Source of the DNA: Streptococcus parasanguinis
GTDB taxonomy: Bacteria > Bacillota > Bacilli > Lactobacillales > Streptococcaceae
DNA: 64,000 nucleotides
Assembly: GCA_018379295.1 (NCBI GenBank)
Contig: JAGZVW010000003.1
Coordinates: 6,111 to 70,110 of the forward strand
Direction: 5' to 3'
The notes under the pieces were generated by a model. That model saw only the letters and a list, made by a program, of their open reading frames with translations, was not told where the DNA came from and did not search any database. How positions within the stretch are numbered: the first letter of the stretch is position 1; every line of letters begins with the position of its first letter. The translations under genes were made by a program, and so were the position numbers. This document shows, in pieces, positions 20,167 to 29,347 of the stretch.

Positions 20167-23100
20167 GTGGTTGATGTAAATCGTTTTAAAAGTATGCAAA
20201 TCACCCTAGCTTCTCCAAGCAAGGTCCGTTCATGGTCTTATGGAGAGGTCAAGAAACCTGAAACAATCAACTACCGTACATTGAAACCAGAACGTGAAGG
20301 TCTCTTTGATGAAGTCATCTTTGGACCTACAAAAGACTGGGAATGTGCGTGTGGGAAATACAAACGGATCCGTTACAAAGGGATCGTTTGTGACCGCTGT
20401 GGGGTTGAAGTAACACGTGCGAAAGTTCGTCGTGAACGCATGGGGCACATCGAGTTGAAAGCTCCTGTATCACACATCTGGTACTTCAAAGGCATCCCTT
20501 CTCGTATGGGATTGACCTTAGATATGAGCCCTCGTGCCCTTGAAGAAGTCATTTACTTCGCAGCTTACGTGGTGATCGATCCAAAAGATACACCACTTGA
20601 GCACAAATCCATCATGACAGAACGTGAATACCGTGAACGCTTGCGTGAATACGGACCAGGTTCCTTTGTAGCTAAGATGGGTGCAGAAGCGATCCAAGAC
20701 CTCTTGAAACAAGTGGATTTGGAAGCTGAAATTGCTCTCTTGAAAGAAGAATTGAAGACTGCAACTGGTCAAAAACGTGTGAAGGCTGTTCGTCGTTTGG
20801 ATGTCTTGGATGCCTTCTACAAATCTGGTAATAAACCAGAATGGATGGTTCTCAACATCCTTCCAGTTATTCCGCCAGATCTTCGTCCGATGGTCCAATT
20901 GGATGGTGGCCGTTTTGCTGCCTCTGACTTGAACGACCTCTATCGTCGTGTGATTAACCGGAACAACCGTTTGGCACGTTTGCTTGAGTTGAATGCCCCT
21001 GGTATCATCGTGCAAAACGAAAAACGGATGCTCCAAGAAGCCGTTGATGCTTTGATCGATAACGGTCGTCGTGGTCGTCCGATTACAGGACCAGGTAGCC
21101 GTCCATTGAAATCATTGAGCCACATGCTCAAAGGGAAACAAGGACGCTTCCGTCAAAACTTGCTCGGTAAACGGGTTGACTTCTCAGGACGTTCTGTTAT
21201 CGCCGTTGGTCCAACTCTTAAGATGTACCAATGTGGTGTGCCACGTGAAATGGCGATCGAGCTCTTCAAACCATTCGTGATGCGTGAAATCGTTGCGCGT
21301 GATATCGTGCAAAACGTTAAAGCTGCAAAACGCTTGGTCGAACGCGGAGATGAACGCATCTGGGATATCCTAGAAGAAGTGATCAAAGAACACCCAGTTC
21401 TCTTGAACCGCGCACCGACCCTTCACCGTTTGGGGATCCAAGCTTTTGAACCTGTCTTGATTGACGGGAAAGCTCTTCGTTTGCACCCACTTGTCTGTGA
21501 AGCCTATAATGCCGACTTTGACGGGGACCAAATGGCCATCCACGTACCGCTTTCAGAAGAAGCTCAAGCAGAAGCTCGTATCTTGATGTTGGCTGCTGAG
21601 CACATCTTGAATCCAAAAGACGGTAAACCAGTTGTTACTCCATCTCAGGATATGGTATTGGGGAACTATTACCTCACTATGGAAGAAGCTGGTCGTGAAG
21701 GCGAAGGCATGGTCTTCAAAGACCGTGATGAAGCGGTCATGGCCCTTCGCAATGGCTATGTTCACTTGCATACACGTGTCGGAATTGCGACAGATAGCTT
21801 GAACAAACCATGGACAGAAGCGCAACAACACAAGATTCTCTTGACAACTGTTGGTAAGATCCTCTTTAACGATATCATGCCTGCAGAGCTTCCATACCTT
21901 CAAGAGCCAAATAATGCCAACTTGACAGAAGGCGTTCCAGCTAAGTACTTCTTGGAGCCTGGTCAAGATGTCAAAGCAGCGATTGAGAAATTGGAATTAA
22001 ACGTTCCATTCAAGAAGAAAAATCTTGGAAATATCATCGCAGAAATCTTCAAACGCTTCCGTACAACTGAAACGTCTGCTTTCTTGGACCGCTTGAAAGA
22101 CTTGGGTTACCATCATTCAACCCTTGCTGGTTTGACAGTGGGGATTGCCGATATTCCGGTCGTTGAAGACAAGGCAGAAATCATTGAAGAATCTCACAAA
22201 CGTGTGGAACAAATCACCAAACAATTCCGTCGTGGTTTGATCACAGATGACGAACGCTACAATGCCGTTACAGCTGAATGGCGTGCAGCCCGTGAGAAAT
22301 TGGAAAAACGCTTGGTGGATAACCAAGATCCGAAAAACCCAATCGTTATGATGATGGACTCTGGTGCCCGTGGTAACATTTCAAACTTCTCGCAACTTGC
22401 CGGTATGCGTGGTTTGATGGCCGCTCCAAATGGACGGATCATGGAATTGCCAATCCTGTCAAACTTCCGCGAAGGTTTGTCAGTACTCGAAATGTTCTTC
22501 TCAACTCACGGTGCCCGTAAAGGGATGACCGATACGGCCTTGAAGACAGCCGACTCAGGTTACTTGACTCGTCGTTTGGTTGACGTGGCCCAAGACGTCA
22601 TTATCCGTGAAGATGACTGTGGAACAGACCGTGGACTTGTGATTCGTGCCATTACTGATGGTAAGGAAATGATCGAGCCACTCGAAGAACGTTTGACTGG
22701 TCGTTATACCAAGAAATCTGTTAAACACCCTGAAACAGGTGAAGTCATCGTTGGTCCAGATACCTTGATTTCAGAAGACCTAGCACGTGAAATTGTCAAA
22801 GCTGGTGTGGAAGAAGTCACTATCCGCTCTGTCTTTACATGTAACACCCGCCATGGTGTCTGCCGTCACTGTTATGGTATCAACTTGGCGACTGGTGATG
22901 CGGTTGAAGTGGGTGAAGCAGTCGGAACTATCGCTGCCCAATCTATCGGGGAACCTGGTACACAGTTGACCATGCGTACCTTCCACACGGGTGGGGTTGC
23001 CTCAAATACCGATATCACTCAGGGTCTTCCTCGTGTCCAAGAAATCTTTGAAGCCCGCAATCCAAAAGGGGAAGCGGTCATCACTGAGGTCAAAGGGGAA

Positions 23101-23820
23101 GTCACAGCGATCGAAGAAGATGCTTCTACACGCACTAAGAAAGTCTTTGTTAGCGGAGCAACTGGTGAGGGCGAATACGTTGTCCCTTACACTGCCCGCA
23201 TGAAAGTCGAAGTGGGAGATCAAGTTTCTCGTGGTGATGCTCTGACAGAAGGGTCTATCCAACCAAAACGTCTCCTTGCCGTTCGTGATGTCTTGTCTGT
23301 TGAAACTTACCTTCTTGCAGAAGTACAAAAAGTATACCGTAGCCAAGGGGTAGAAATCGGCGACAAACACATCGAGGTAATGGTTCGTCAAATGATCCGT
23401 AAAGTACGTGTCATGGATCCAGGAGATACAGACCTTCTCATGGGTACTCTGATGGACATTACAGACTTTACAGATGCCAACAAGGACGTCCTTATTTCTG
23501 GTGGAGTTCCTGCGACTGCTCGTCCAGTCCTTATGGGAATTACCAAAGCCTCACTTGAAACCAACAGTTTCTTGTCTGCGGCTTCCTTCCAGGAAACAAC
23601 TCGTGTTCTTACAGACGCAGCGATCCGCGGTAAGAAAGACCATCTCCTTGGTCTTAAGGAAAATGTTATCATTGGTAAGATTATTCCTGCAGGTACAGGT
23701 ATGGCTCGTTACCGTAACTTGGAACCACAAGCAGTCAATGAAGTTGAAATTATCGAAGAAGTGCCATTAACAGATGGAACAGTCGATGAAGTTCAAACAG
23801 CTGAAGTCATAGAAGAATAA
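20167..23820 (+). CDS. rpoC: DNA-directed RNA polymerase subunit beta'
   Basis: GTG start. '[17 protein letters not shown]'; Zn finger 'CACGKYK...CDRCG'; 'NADFDGD' catalytic loop. Confidence 0.98.
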   Translation: MVDVNRFKSMQITLASPSKVRSWSYGEVKKPETINYRTLKPEREGLFDEVIFGPTKDWECACGKYKRIRYKGIVCDRCGVEVTRAKVRRERMGHIELKAPVSHIWYFKGIPSRMGLTLDMSPRALEEVIYFAAYVVIDPKDTPLEHKSIMTEREYRERLREYGPGSFVAKMGAEAIQDLLKQVDLEAEIALLKEELKTATGQKRVKAVRRLDVLDAFYKSGNKPEWMVLNILPVIPPDLRPMVQLDGGRFAASDLNDLYRRVINRNNRLARLLELNAPGIIVQNEKRMLQEAVDALIDNGRRGRPITGPGSRPLKSLSHMLKGKQGRFRQNLLGKRVDFSGRSVIAVGPTLKMYQCGVPREMAIELFKPFVMREIVARDIVQNVKAAKRLVERGDERIWDILEEVIKEHPVLLNRAPTLHRLGIQAFEPVLIDGKALRLHPLVCEAYNADFDGDQMAIHVPLSEEAQAEARILMLAAEHILNPKDGKPVVTPSQDMVLGNYYLTMEEAGREGEGMVFKDRDEAVMALRNGYVHLHTRVGIATDSLNKPWTEAQQHKILLTTVGKILFNDIMPAELPYLQEPNNANLTEGVPAKYFLEPGQDVKAAIEKLELNVPFKKKNLGNIIAEIFKRFRTTETSAFLDRLKDLGYHHSTLAGLTVGIADIPVVEDKAEIIEESHKRVEQITKQFRRGLITDDERYNAVTAEWRAAREKLEKRLVDNQDPKNPIVMMMDSGARGNISNFSQLAGMRGLMAAPNGRIMELPILSNFREGLSVLEMFFSTHGARKGMTDTALKTADSGYLTRRLVDVAQDVIIREDDCGTDRGLVIRAITDGKEMIEPLEERLTGRYTKKSVKHPETGEVIVGPDTLISEDLAREIVKAGVEEVTIRSVFTCNTRHGVCRHCYGINLATGDAVEVGEAVGTIAAQSIGEPGTQLTMRTFHTGGVASNTDITQGLPRVQEIFEARNPKGEAVITEVKGEVTAIEEDASTRTKKVFVSGATGEGEYVVPYTARMKVEVGDQVSRGDALTEGSIQPKRLLAVRDVLSVETYLLAEVQKVYRSQGVEIGDKHIEVMVRQMIRKVRVMDPGDTDLLMGTLMDITDFTDANKDVLISGGVPATARPVLMGITKASLETNSFLSAASFQETTRVLTDAAIRGKKDHLLGLKENVIIGKIIPAGTGMARYRNLEPQAVNEVEIIEEVPLTDGTVDEVQTAEVIEE

Positions 23821-23828
23821 GAAAATAA

Positions 23829-23857
23829 GTCGGAACTACAAGTTCCGGCTTTTTTTG
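23829..23857 (+). terminator. rpoC terminator
   Basis: 'gtcggaactacaagttccggcttttttt'. Confidence 0.8.
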
Positions 23858-24050
23858 AAAAAATTATAAAAATTTATTATTTGAAAAATAATTGTATAAT
23901 TATTGAATTATTTTTTTACCAAAAATATTAGCCCGGTAAAAGTCGTGCTGTAAATACTTACAATTAGTGATTATATGGATATGTATTCTAAACGTCAAAA
24001 TAATAAAATGACTAACTATTAGTAATTTCTTTATAAAACCCAAAATCGGT

Positions 24051-24079
24051 TTGACATTTAAAGTCATTGGCGGTAGAAT
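24051..24079 (+). promoter_or_regulatory. Canonical sigma-A promoter (TTGACA-17-TAGAAT) driving the EPS-like operon
   Basis: -35 at 24051-24056, -10 at 24074-24079. It sits at the 3' end of a ~280-bp extremely AT-rich spacer. Confidence 0.65.
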
Positions 24080-24141
24080 GAAAAAAGATGTACACAAATT
24101 AAAAAAATGTCGAATTACATGCATGTCGACGGGGGAAGTTT

Positions 24142-25296
24142 ATGGGAAAATTGAAAATAATGGTTGTGTTTGGGACGCGACCGGAGGCCATTAAAATGGC
24201 CCCTTTGGTGTTGGAGTTGCAAAAACAAAAGGAGGTTATTGAGACAATTACGGTGGTCACTGCCCAGCACCGTCAAATGCTGGACCAGGTTTTAGAAACC
24301 TTTAACATCGTACCTGATTACGATTTGGATATTATGGGGAAAAGCCAGACCTTATTAGACATTACCTCTAAAATTCTGAATCAATTAGATCCAGTTATCA
24401 AAAAAGAAAAGCCGGATATGGTGCTCGTCCATGGAGATACGACCACTACCTTTGCGGCTAGTCTGGTTGCCTTTTACAATCAAGTCCGCATTGGTCACGT
24501 CGAAGCTGGTTTGAGAACCTTTGATAAATATTCTCCATATCCAGAAGAGATGAACCGTCAAATGACGGATGATTTAGCGGATCTGTATTTTGCGCCGACG
24601 GGCGAAAGTAAGGCCAATCTCTTAAAAGAAAATCATCCGGAATCTTCTATTGTGGTGACAGGAAATACTGCCATTGATGCACTGAAACTCACGGTTCAAG
24701 AGGACTATCACCACGAAGTGTTAGATCAATTGGATCCAGATAAAAAAGTCATCCTGGTCACCATGCATCGAAGAGAAAATCAAGGCCAACCCATGCGAGC
24801 GGTCTTTGGAGCTCTGAGAGAAATGGTGGATCAAGAACCGACTATTGAAGTGGTTTACCCAGTGCATCTTAGTCCAGCGGTCCAAGAGGCGGCAAACGAT
24901 CTATTAGGAGATCATGATCGGATCCACCTCATTGAGCCTCTAGATGTGCTAGATTTCCACAACTTAGCTTCGAGAAGTTACTTTATCATGTCGGATTCAG
25001 GTGGGGTGCAAGAGGAGGCGCCATCATTAGGGAAACCGGTATTGGTATTGCGTGATACAACAGAACGCCCAGAAGGGGTCAAAGCAGGGACTTTGAAATT
25101 AGTTGGTACGGATCCTGCCGTCGTCAAATCCACGATGACGGAGCTCTTAACCAACGAACATCTTTATCTAGAAATGGCAAATGCCCGAAATCCTTATGGA
25201 GATGGAAGAGCTTCTGAGCGAATCGTGCAAGCTATTAAACATTACTTTGGCCAGGGAGATGCTGCTGAAGAATTTCATGAGGGAGAGAAAGAATAA
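24142..25296 (+). CDS. UDP-N-acetylglucosamine 2-epimerase (non-hydrolysing; WecB/MnaA family)
   Basis: 'MVVFGTRPEAIKMAPLV' N-terminus and 'HVEAGLRT' motif. 384 aa. Confidence 0.9.
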   Translation: MGKLKIMVVFGTRPEAIKMAPLVLELQKQKEVIETITVVTAQHRQMLDQVLETFNIVPDYDLDIMGKSQTLLDITSKILNQLDPVIKKEKPDMVLVHGDTTTTFAASLVAFYNQVRIGHVEAGLRTFDKYSPYPEEMNRQMTDDLADLYFAPTGESKANLLKENHPESSIVVTGNTAIDALKLTVQEDYHHEVLDQLDPDKKVILVTMHRRENQGQPMRAVFGALREMVDQEPTIEVVYPVHLSPAVQEAANDLLGDHDRIHLIEPLDVLDFHNLASRSYFIMSDSGGVQEEAPSLGKPVLVLRDTTERPEGVKAGTLKLVGTDPAVVKSTMTELLTNEHLYLEMANARNPYGDGRASERIVQAIKHYFGQGDAAEEFHEGEKE

Positions 25297-26085
25297 ATGA
25301 AAAAAACGGAAAAGTTAAGTAGATGGTTGCTAATTTTGATTGTTTTCGAAGTACTTCTTTTACTTTACTGCTTGTTTTTTGCAAGAGAGATTCTGATTGA
25401 AGAAGGATTATTCTTTGTTTTAGGATTATTTTCTGCTATTGTTTTATCAGATTTGTTGTTGACATGGACCATCCTGTTGTCATTTGCCCTAGGGATTGTC
25501 TTTTTGGTGGCGGGTGTTGTCTATATCCCATTTCATCAAGCCTTGCTTCTGCTCTTTAGTTTTCCAATCTTGATTGGAATTTTGACCCAAATTCGCTACC
25601 ACCTCTTTAAAGAGATTGCAAAAGTGAAGGATCAAGAGCCAGAAGCTTACGCAGATTACCGCAACCGCATCGCTTCTTATGGTGGGGAAACCAATGATAC
25701 GATTCAAGCCTTACTCATTCACTGGTCGCACGAGGAATTGTTCTTCCAATTGCAGCCGAGAGAATATAATCGGACCTTGAACCAAATCAACTATTTGGTA
25801 ACGCATCATCTAAAGCCAAATGAAAGCTTGTATTATGTATCAGACGGTAATTTCTTGATCTTATCTTCTGATAGCGAGCGGGATCTGAAGGGCGATTATA
25901 TGACAGTCTTAAAACCACAGTTGGAAGGACTGGTGTTCCAAGGCGAAGATGGGGTGCAAGCCATCCAATTTCAGTCCGGCTTTCTTGTAGTGGATCAATC
26001 CAATCGCACCAAATACCATCGCTATAAAGAAATGATTCGTTACTTAAAACGTCAACTTGAAACAGATATTATTGTGGAATATTAG
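25297..26085 (+). CDS. Membrane protein of unknown function: N-terminal ~4 TM plus a ~140-aa cytoplasmic domain
   Basis: TAAATG junction with the epimerase. No family recognised by eye. The cytoplasmic domain begins '...DYRNRIASYGGETND'. Confidence 0.6.
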   Translation: MKKTEKLSRWLLILIVFEVLLLLYCLFFAREILIEEGLFFVLGLFSAIVLSDLLLTWTILLSFALGIVFLVAGVVYIPFHQALLLLFSFPILIGILTQIRYHLFKEIAKVKDQEPEAYADYRNRIASYGGETNDTIQALLIHWSHEELFFQLQPREYNRTLNQINYLVTHHLKPNESLYYVSDGNFLILSSDSERDLKGDYMTVLKPQLEGLVFQGEDGVQAIQFQSGFLVVDQSNRTKYHRYKEMIRYLKRQLETDIIVEY

Positions 26086-26094
26086 GAGGAAAAC

Positions 26095-26235
26095 ATGTCT
26101 CTTACAAATATATTTTTTAATATAGCTGTAGGCATTAGTGTATTTTTTGCCTTGTGCTTTATTGTATTATTTGTAGCTTATACGGTGATTTACCGCCGTG
26201 TCAATAAAAACTTTAAGGCGGTGGACCATGATTAG
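26095..26235 (+). CDS. Small (46 aa) single-TM peptide; its stop overlaps the GT2 synthase start
   Basis: Not in the ORF track because it is under 60 aa. RBS AGGAGGA lies 4 nt upstream. 'MSLTNIFFNIAVGISVFFALCFIVLFVAYTVIYRRVNKNFKAVDHD'. Its stop overlaps ATG 26228 (ATGATTAG). Confidence 0.45.
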   Translation: MSLTNIFFNIAVGISVFFALCFIVLFVAYTVIYRRVNKNFKAVDHD

Positions 26236-27538
26236 TCAAATTGTGATGATTATTGCCTTGATTTCGATTTGGCTGTCCTTAGCCTGGGGCCTAGTAATCC
26301 TCTTTTCAGCCGTTCATTTTTGGTTTAAACACAGTGATTTTCGTGTCAATACGGATCCGCTTCCTTATTATCCAAAAGTGACGATCGTTGTGCCCGCCCA
26401 TAATGAGGATGTGGTCATTGCACAGACAGCCAAAGCGATCCTTGATTTGAACTACCCACATGATCGTGTAGAATTACTACTGTTTGCGGATAATTGTTCC
26501 GACCGCACTTATGAAGAGTGTTTGGCAGTTAAAGCATTGCCAGAGTATGCAGGACGTGATTTGACCATTATCAATCGCAGTGGGACAGGTGGGAAAGCCG
26601 GTGTGTTAAATGACGCTTTGGCCATGGCGACCGGAGACTATATCTGTGTCTATGATGCAGATGCCATGCCTGAAAAGAATGCTCTTTATTTCCTTGTGAA
26701 AGAAGTGCTCAAAGATCCAGAGCGTCATGTGGCTTCTTTTGGTCGCAATAAAACGCGGAATGCCGGTCAAAACTTCTTGACCCGCTGTATCAACCAAGAA
26801 ATTGTTGTCACCCAACGGGTTCACCATGTAGGCATGTGGCATCTCTTTAAGATTGGACGGATTCCAGGAACCAACTTCATTATTCAAACTGAATTTGTCA
26901 AGAGTATTGGGGGATGGAAAAACGGTGCCTTAACAGAGGATACTGATATTTCCTTTAAGATTATGCAAAGTGGGAAGTTGATTGCTCTAGCCTATAATTC
27001 AGAAGCATTTCAACAGGAACCTGAGACCCTGAAGAGTTATTATATGCAACGGAAACGTTGGGCCAAAGGGAATTATGAAGTGGTTCTTTCCAACTTCAAA
27101 CATTTATTTGGTAAGGGAAATTGGCGCGTGAAGTTAGAAGTGACCAACTATTCCTGTATCTTCTTCTGGTTCAATGCAGCTATCGTCTTATCAGACTTGA
27201 TCTTTTTTGCCAATATTCTGGCCATGTGTCTCCATACAGTGGTGCCAGGAGTGCAAATTCCATTTGCCTTTGATTCAGAAAATATCTATATTGCGCAATT
27301 GATGTTGTTCAATTGGATCTTGATGATTGGGCTCTACTTACTTCAGATTAATGTGGCTCTTGCCTCACAATTTGGCCAAGCCACTACCAAGCAAATTTGG
27401 TTGGCCTTAGCTGCCTACTTCACCTATTCTCAACTGTTTATCATTGTGTCAATTGATGCCATCTCTTCGATTGTGATGGATAAACTATTGCACCGGAAAG
27501 AAACCAAATGGGTTAAAACAAAACGATTCGCAGGATAG
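26228..27538 (+). CDS. Processive family-2 glycosyltransferase (PgaC/IcaA/NodC/HAS-like HexNAc-polymer synthase)
   Basis: 2 N-terminal TM and ~4 C-terminal TM. 'YDADAMP' (DxD), 'LTEDTDISF' (TED) and 'QRKRWAKG' (QxxRW) motifs. An alternative GTG start at 26198 is possible. Confidence 0.85.
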   Translation: MISQIVMIIALISIWLSLAWGLVILFSAVHFWFKHSDFRVNTDPLPYYPKVTIVVPAHNEDVVIAQTAKAILDLNYPHDRVELLLFADNCSDRTYEECLAVKALPEYAGRDLTIINRSGTGGKAGVLNDALAMATGDYICVYDADAMPEKNALYFLVKEVLKDPERHVASFGRNKTRNAGQNFLTRCINQEIVVTQRVHHVGMWHLFKIGRIPGTNFIIQTEFVKSIGGWKNGALTEDTDISFKIMQSGKLIALAYNSEAFQQEPETLKSYYMQRKRWAKGNYEVVLSNFKHLFGKGNWRVKLEVTNYSCIFFWFNAAIVLSDLIFFANILAMCLHTVVPGVQIPFAFDSENIYIAQLMLFNWILMIGLYLLQINVALASQFGQATTKQIWLALAAYFTYSQLFIIVSIDAISSIVMDKLLHRKETKWVKTKRFAG

Positions 27539-27546
27539 GAGAGATT

Positions 27547-28650
27547 ATGAATACGAAAAAGATGAGATATGTATGGTTTCTAGTCATCCTTTGCATTTTC
27601 TGTTTGACCTTGTTTTTAGCGAGAACGAGAAGTAAAGTGGACATGCGAAATCGAATTTATCGTCAGTGGAATGAGCATTTTGTTGTTTCAAAAGGAAAAG
27701 AATCCTATGTTCGAACTACCAATGATAGCAATCAAACGGTGGTTTTATCCGAAGCGCAAAGTTATGGAATGCTCATTACTGTTGCGGCTGCTAAAAAAGG
27801 ACAAGCCCAACAAGCAGACTTTGACCGACTCTATCAATATTATCTAAATCATCGCTTGGAAGGTACCCAATTGATGTCTTGGAAACAAACCATCAGCAAT
27901 GGAAAAGCAAAGGATGAGGACCATAATGCCACAGATGGAGATCTCTATATTGCCTATGCTCTTCTAAAAGCTGCTCAGCAATGGCCAAAGCAAGCCAAAG
28001 ACTACCAGGCTCAAGCCAAAGCGATTTTAGAAGATATTCTCGCACACAACTACAATGAAGAAACCGGTGTGTTAACGGTGGGAAATTGGGCCAATCAGGA
28101 TTCGGAATTCTATCATTTGATGCGGACGTCTGATACACTGCCAGCGCAATTCCAGATCTTTTATGAAGTGACAAAAGATTCGAAGTGGTTGGACATCAAA
28201 GAAAAGATGTTGCAGCAACTCCAAACGATCAGCTCCCAAACAAAAACAGGTTTACTACCTGATTTCATCTGGGTAGATGAGCAAGGAACGCGCGTAGCGG
28301 ATCCCAAGACGATTGAATCCAAGTATGATGGAGCCTACTCGTATAATGCTTGTCGCCTTCCATATAATCTTGTTCAAAGTAAGGATGCAACCAGTCAAAA
28401 ATTGGTGAAAAAGATGTTAAACTTTTTCAAGAGTCAAAGAAACCTGTACGCGGGTTATGACTTGAAAGGAAAAGCCTTGAACAATCATCAGGCAGCAAGT
28501 TTTTTGGCACCGATAGTCTATGCTTCTGAACACGAAAAAGGCTATCTGAAGTTGGTGCAACAGAATAAGTATATCTTCACACAAGATCTACCTCTGAACA
28601 ACTATTATGATGCAACCATGACAACCATGATTGCACTTGAATTGTTCTAA
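27547..28650 (+). CDS. Membrane-anchored glycoside hydrolase family 8 (BcsZ/PssZ/chitosanase-like)
   Basis: N-terminal signal anchor. Catalytic 'LSEAQSYGM' and 'NATDGDLYIAYALLKA' GH8 motifs. Confidence 0.8.
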   Translation: MNTKKMRYVWFLVILCIFCLTLFLARTRSKVDMRNRIYRQWNEHFVVSKGKESYVRTTNDSNQTVVLSEAQSYGMLITVAAAKKGQAQQADFDRLYQYYLNHRLEGTQLMSWKQTISNGKAKDEDHNATDGDLYIAYALLKAAQQWPKQAKDYQAQAKAILEDILAHNYNEETGVLTVGNWANQDSEFYHLMRTSDTLPAQFQIFYEVTKDSKWLDIKEKMLQQLQTISSQTKTGLLPDFIWVDEQGTRVADPKTIESKYDGAYSYNACRLPYNLVQSKDATSQKLVKKMLNFFKSQRNLYAGYDLKGKALNNHQAASFLAPIVYASEHEKGYLKLVQQNKYIFTQDLPLNNYYDATMTTMIALELF

Positions 28651-28659
28651 ATACTTGAG

Positions 28660-28712
28660 AAGAGAGAGTTCCCAGGATGGCTCGTCATTTTGTTGGGACT
28701 CTCTTTTTTGAT
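28660..28712 (+). terminator. Terminator of the 5-gene EPS-like operon
   Basis: 'agagagttcccagg...ttgggactctctttttt'. Confidence 0.6.
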
Positions 28713-28858
28713 TCTCGAAAAAAGGACCCAATAGCAATTAGGCAGTCTATTTTTGAAAAATAATTGTGAAAATCACCTGAAAACTACCTGAAAAATCATG
28801 CTCTGAGCAGAAAACTTTTATTCTCAAAGGATTTTCTATATAATAGAGGATACAAAGG

Positions 28859-29260
28859 ATGGAAGAGTTTATGTATCGAGTGATTGAAATGTACGGGGAC
28901 TGTGAACCCTGGTGGTTTTTAGAAGGTTGGGAAGAAGATATCGTGAGTAGTCGGAAGTTTGAAGACTATTACCAGGATTTGAAATACTACAAGCAGAAGT
29001 GGTTGGAGTTAAATGAGCACTTTCCAAGTTATAAGAGTCGGAGTGACCTCATGACGATCTTTTGGGATACCAAGGAGCAAGAGTGGTGTGAGGACTGCAG
29101 TGAAGATGTGCAGTTTTTCCATTCGATTGTCCTCCTAGAAGACGAGCATAAGATCCCTAAAAGCAAGCTCCGCCCAGGCTACGAAAAGGAAAGAGGCAGT
29201 CGCAAACACCGTTCTTGTCAATATACACTCGATTCAAAAAAGGGGACGACCCTGTCATAA
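28859..29260 (+). CDS. Conserved acidic Trp/Cys-rich hypothetical protein (DUF1033-like) that precedes comGA in streptococci
   Basis: 133 aa, 'MYRVIEMYGDCEPWWFLEGWEEDI'. The start could be ATG 28859 or 28871. The -10 TATATAAT lies at 28841. Confidence 0.6.
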   Translation: MEEFMYRVIEMYGDCEPWWFLEGWEEDIVSSRKFEDYYQDLKYYKQKWLELNEHFPSYKSRSDLMTIFWDTKEQEWCEDCSEDVQFFHSIVLLEDEHKIPKSKLRPGYEKERGSRKHRSCQYTLDSKKGTTLS

Positions 29261-29315
29261 GAGAAATGCGGAAGATTTTTTAGAGCGATCTAGAAAGTCT
29301 TCTTTTTTTGTCTTC

Positions 29316-29326
29316 TTTTTCGAATA
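29316..29326 (+). promoter_or_regulatory. ComX (sigma-X) box variant, T-tract plus TTCGAATA, upstream of comGA
   Basis: 'tttttcgaatag' lies 22 nt upstream of ATG 29348. The same octamer sits upstream of ssbB. Confidence 0.6.
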
Positions 29327-29347
29327 GTATAAGTGAGAGGAGGAACT

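Noticed and set aside
16951-23770. Numerous 60-170-aa ORFs on both strands inside rpoB and rpoC (e.g. 18042-18452-, 20518-21036-, 23002-23391-).
   Set aside because: They are fully nested in highly conserved RNAP coding sequence, have no RBS and no recognisable motifs. They are antisense or frame-shifted shadows.
25672-25695. 'SYGGE' string in the 25297-26085 protein, as a possible degenerate GGDEF (c-di-GMP) motif.
   Set aside because: The motif lies only ~5 residues after the last TM. A GGDEF fold needs ~80 residues N-terminal to the motif. Streptococci are not expected to use c-di-GMP.
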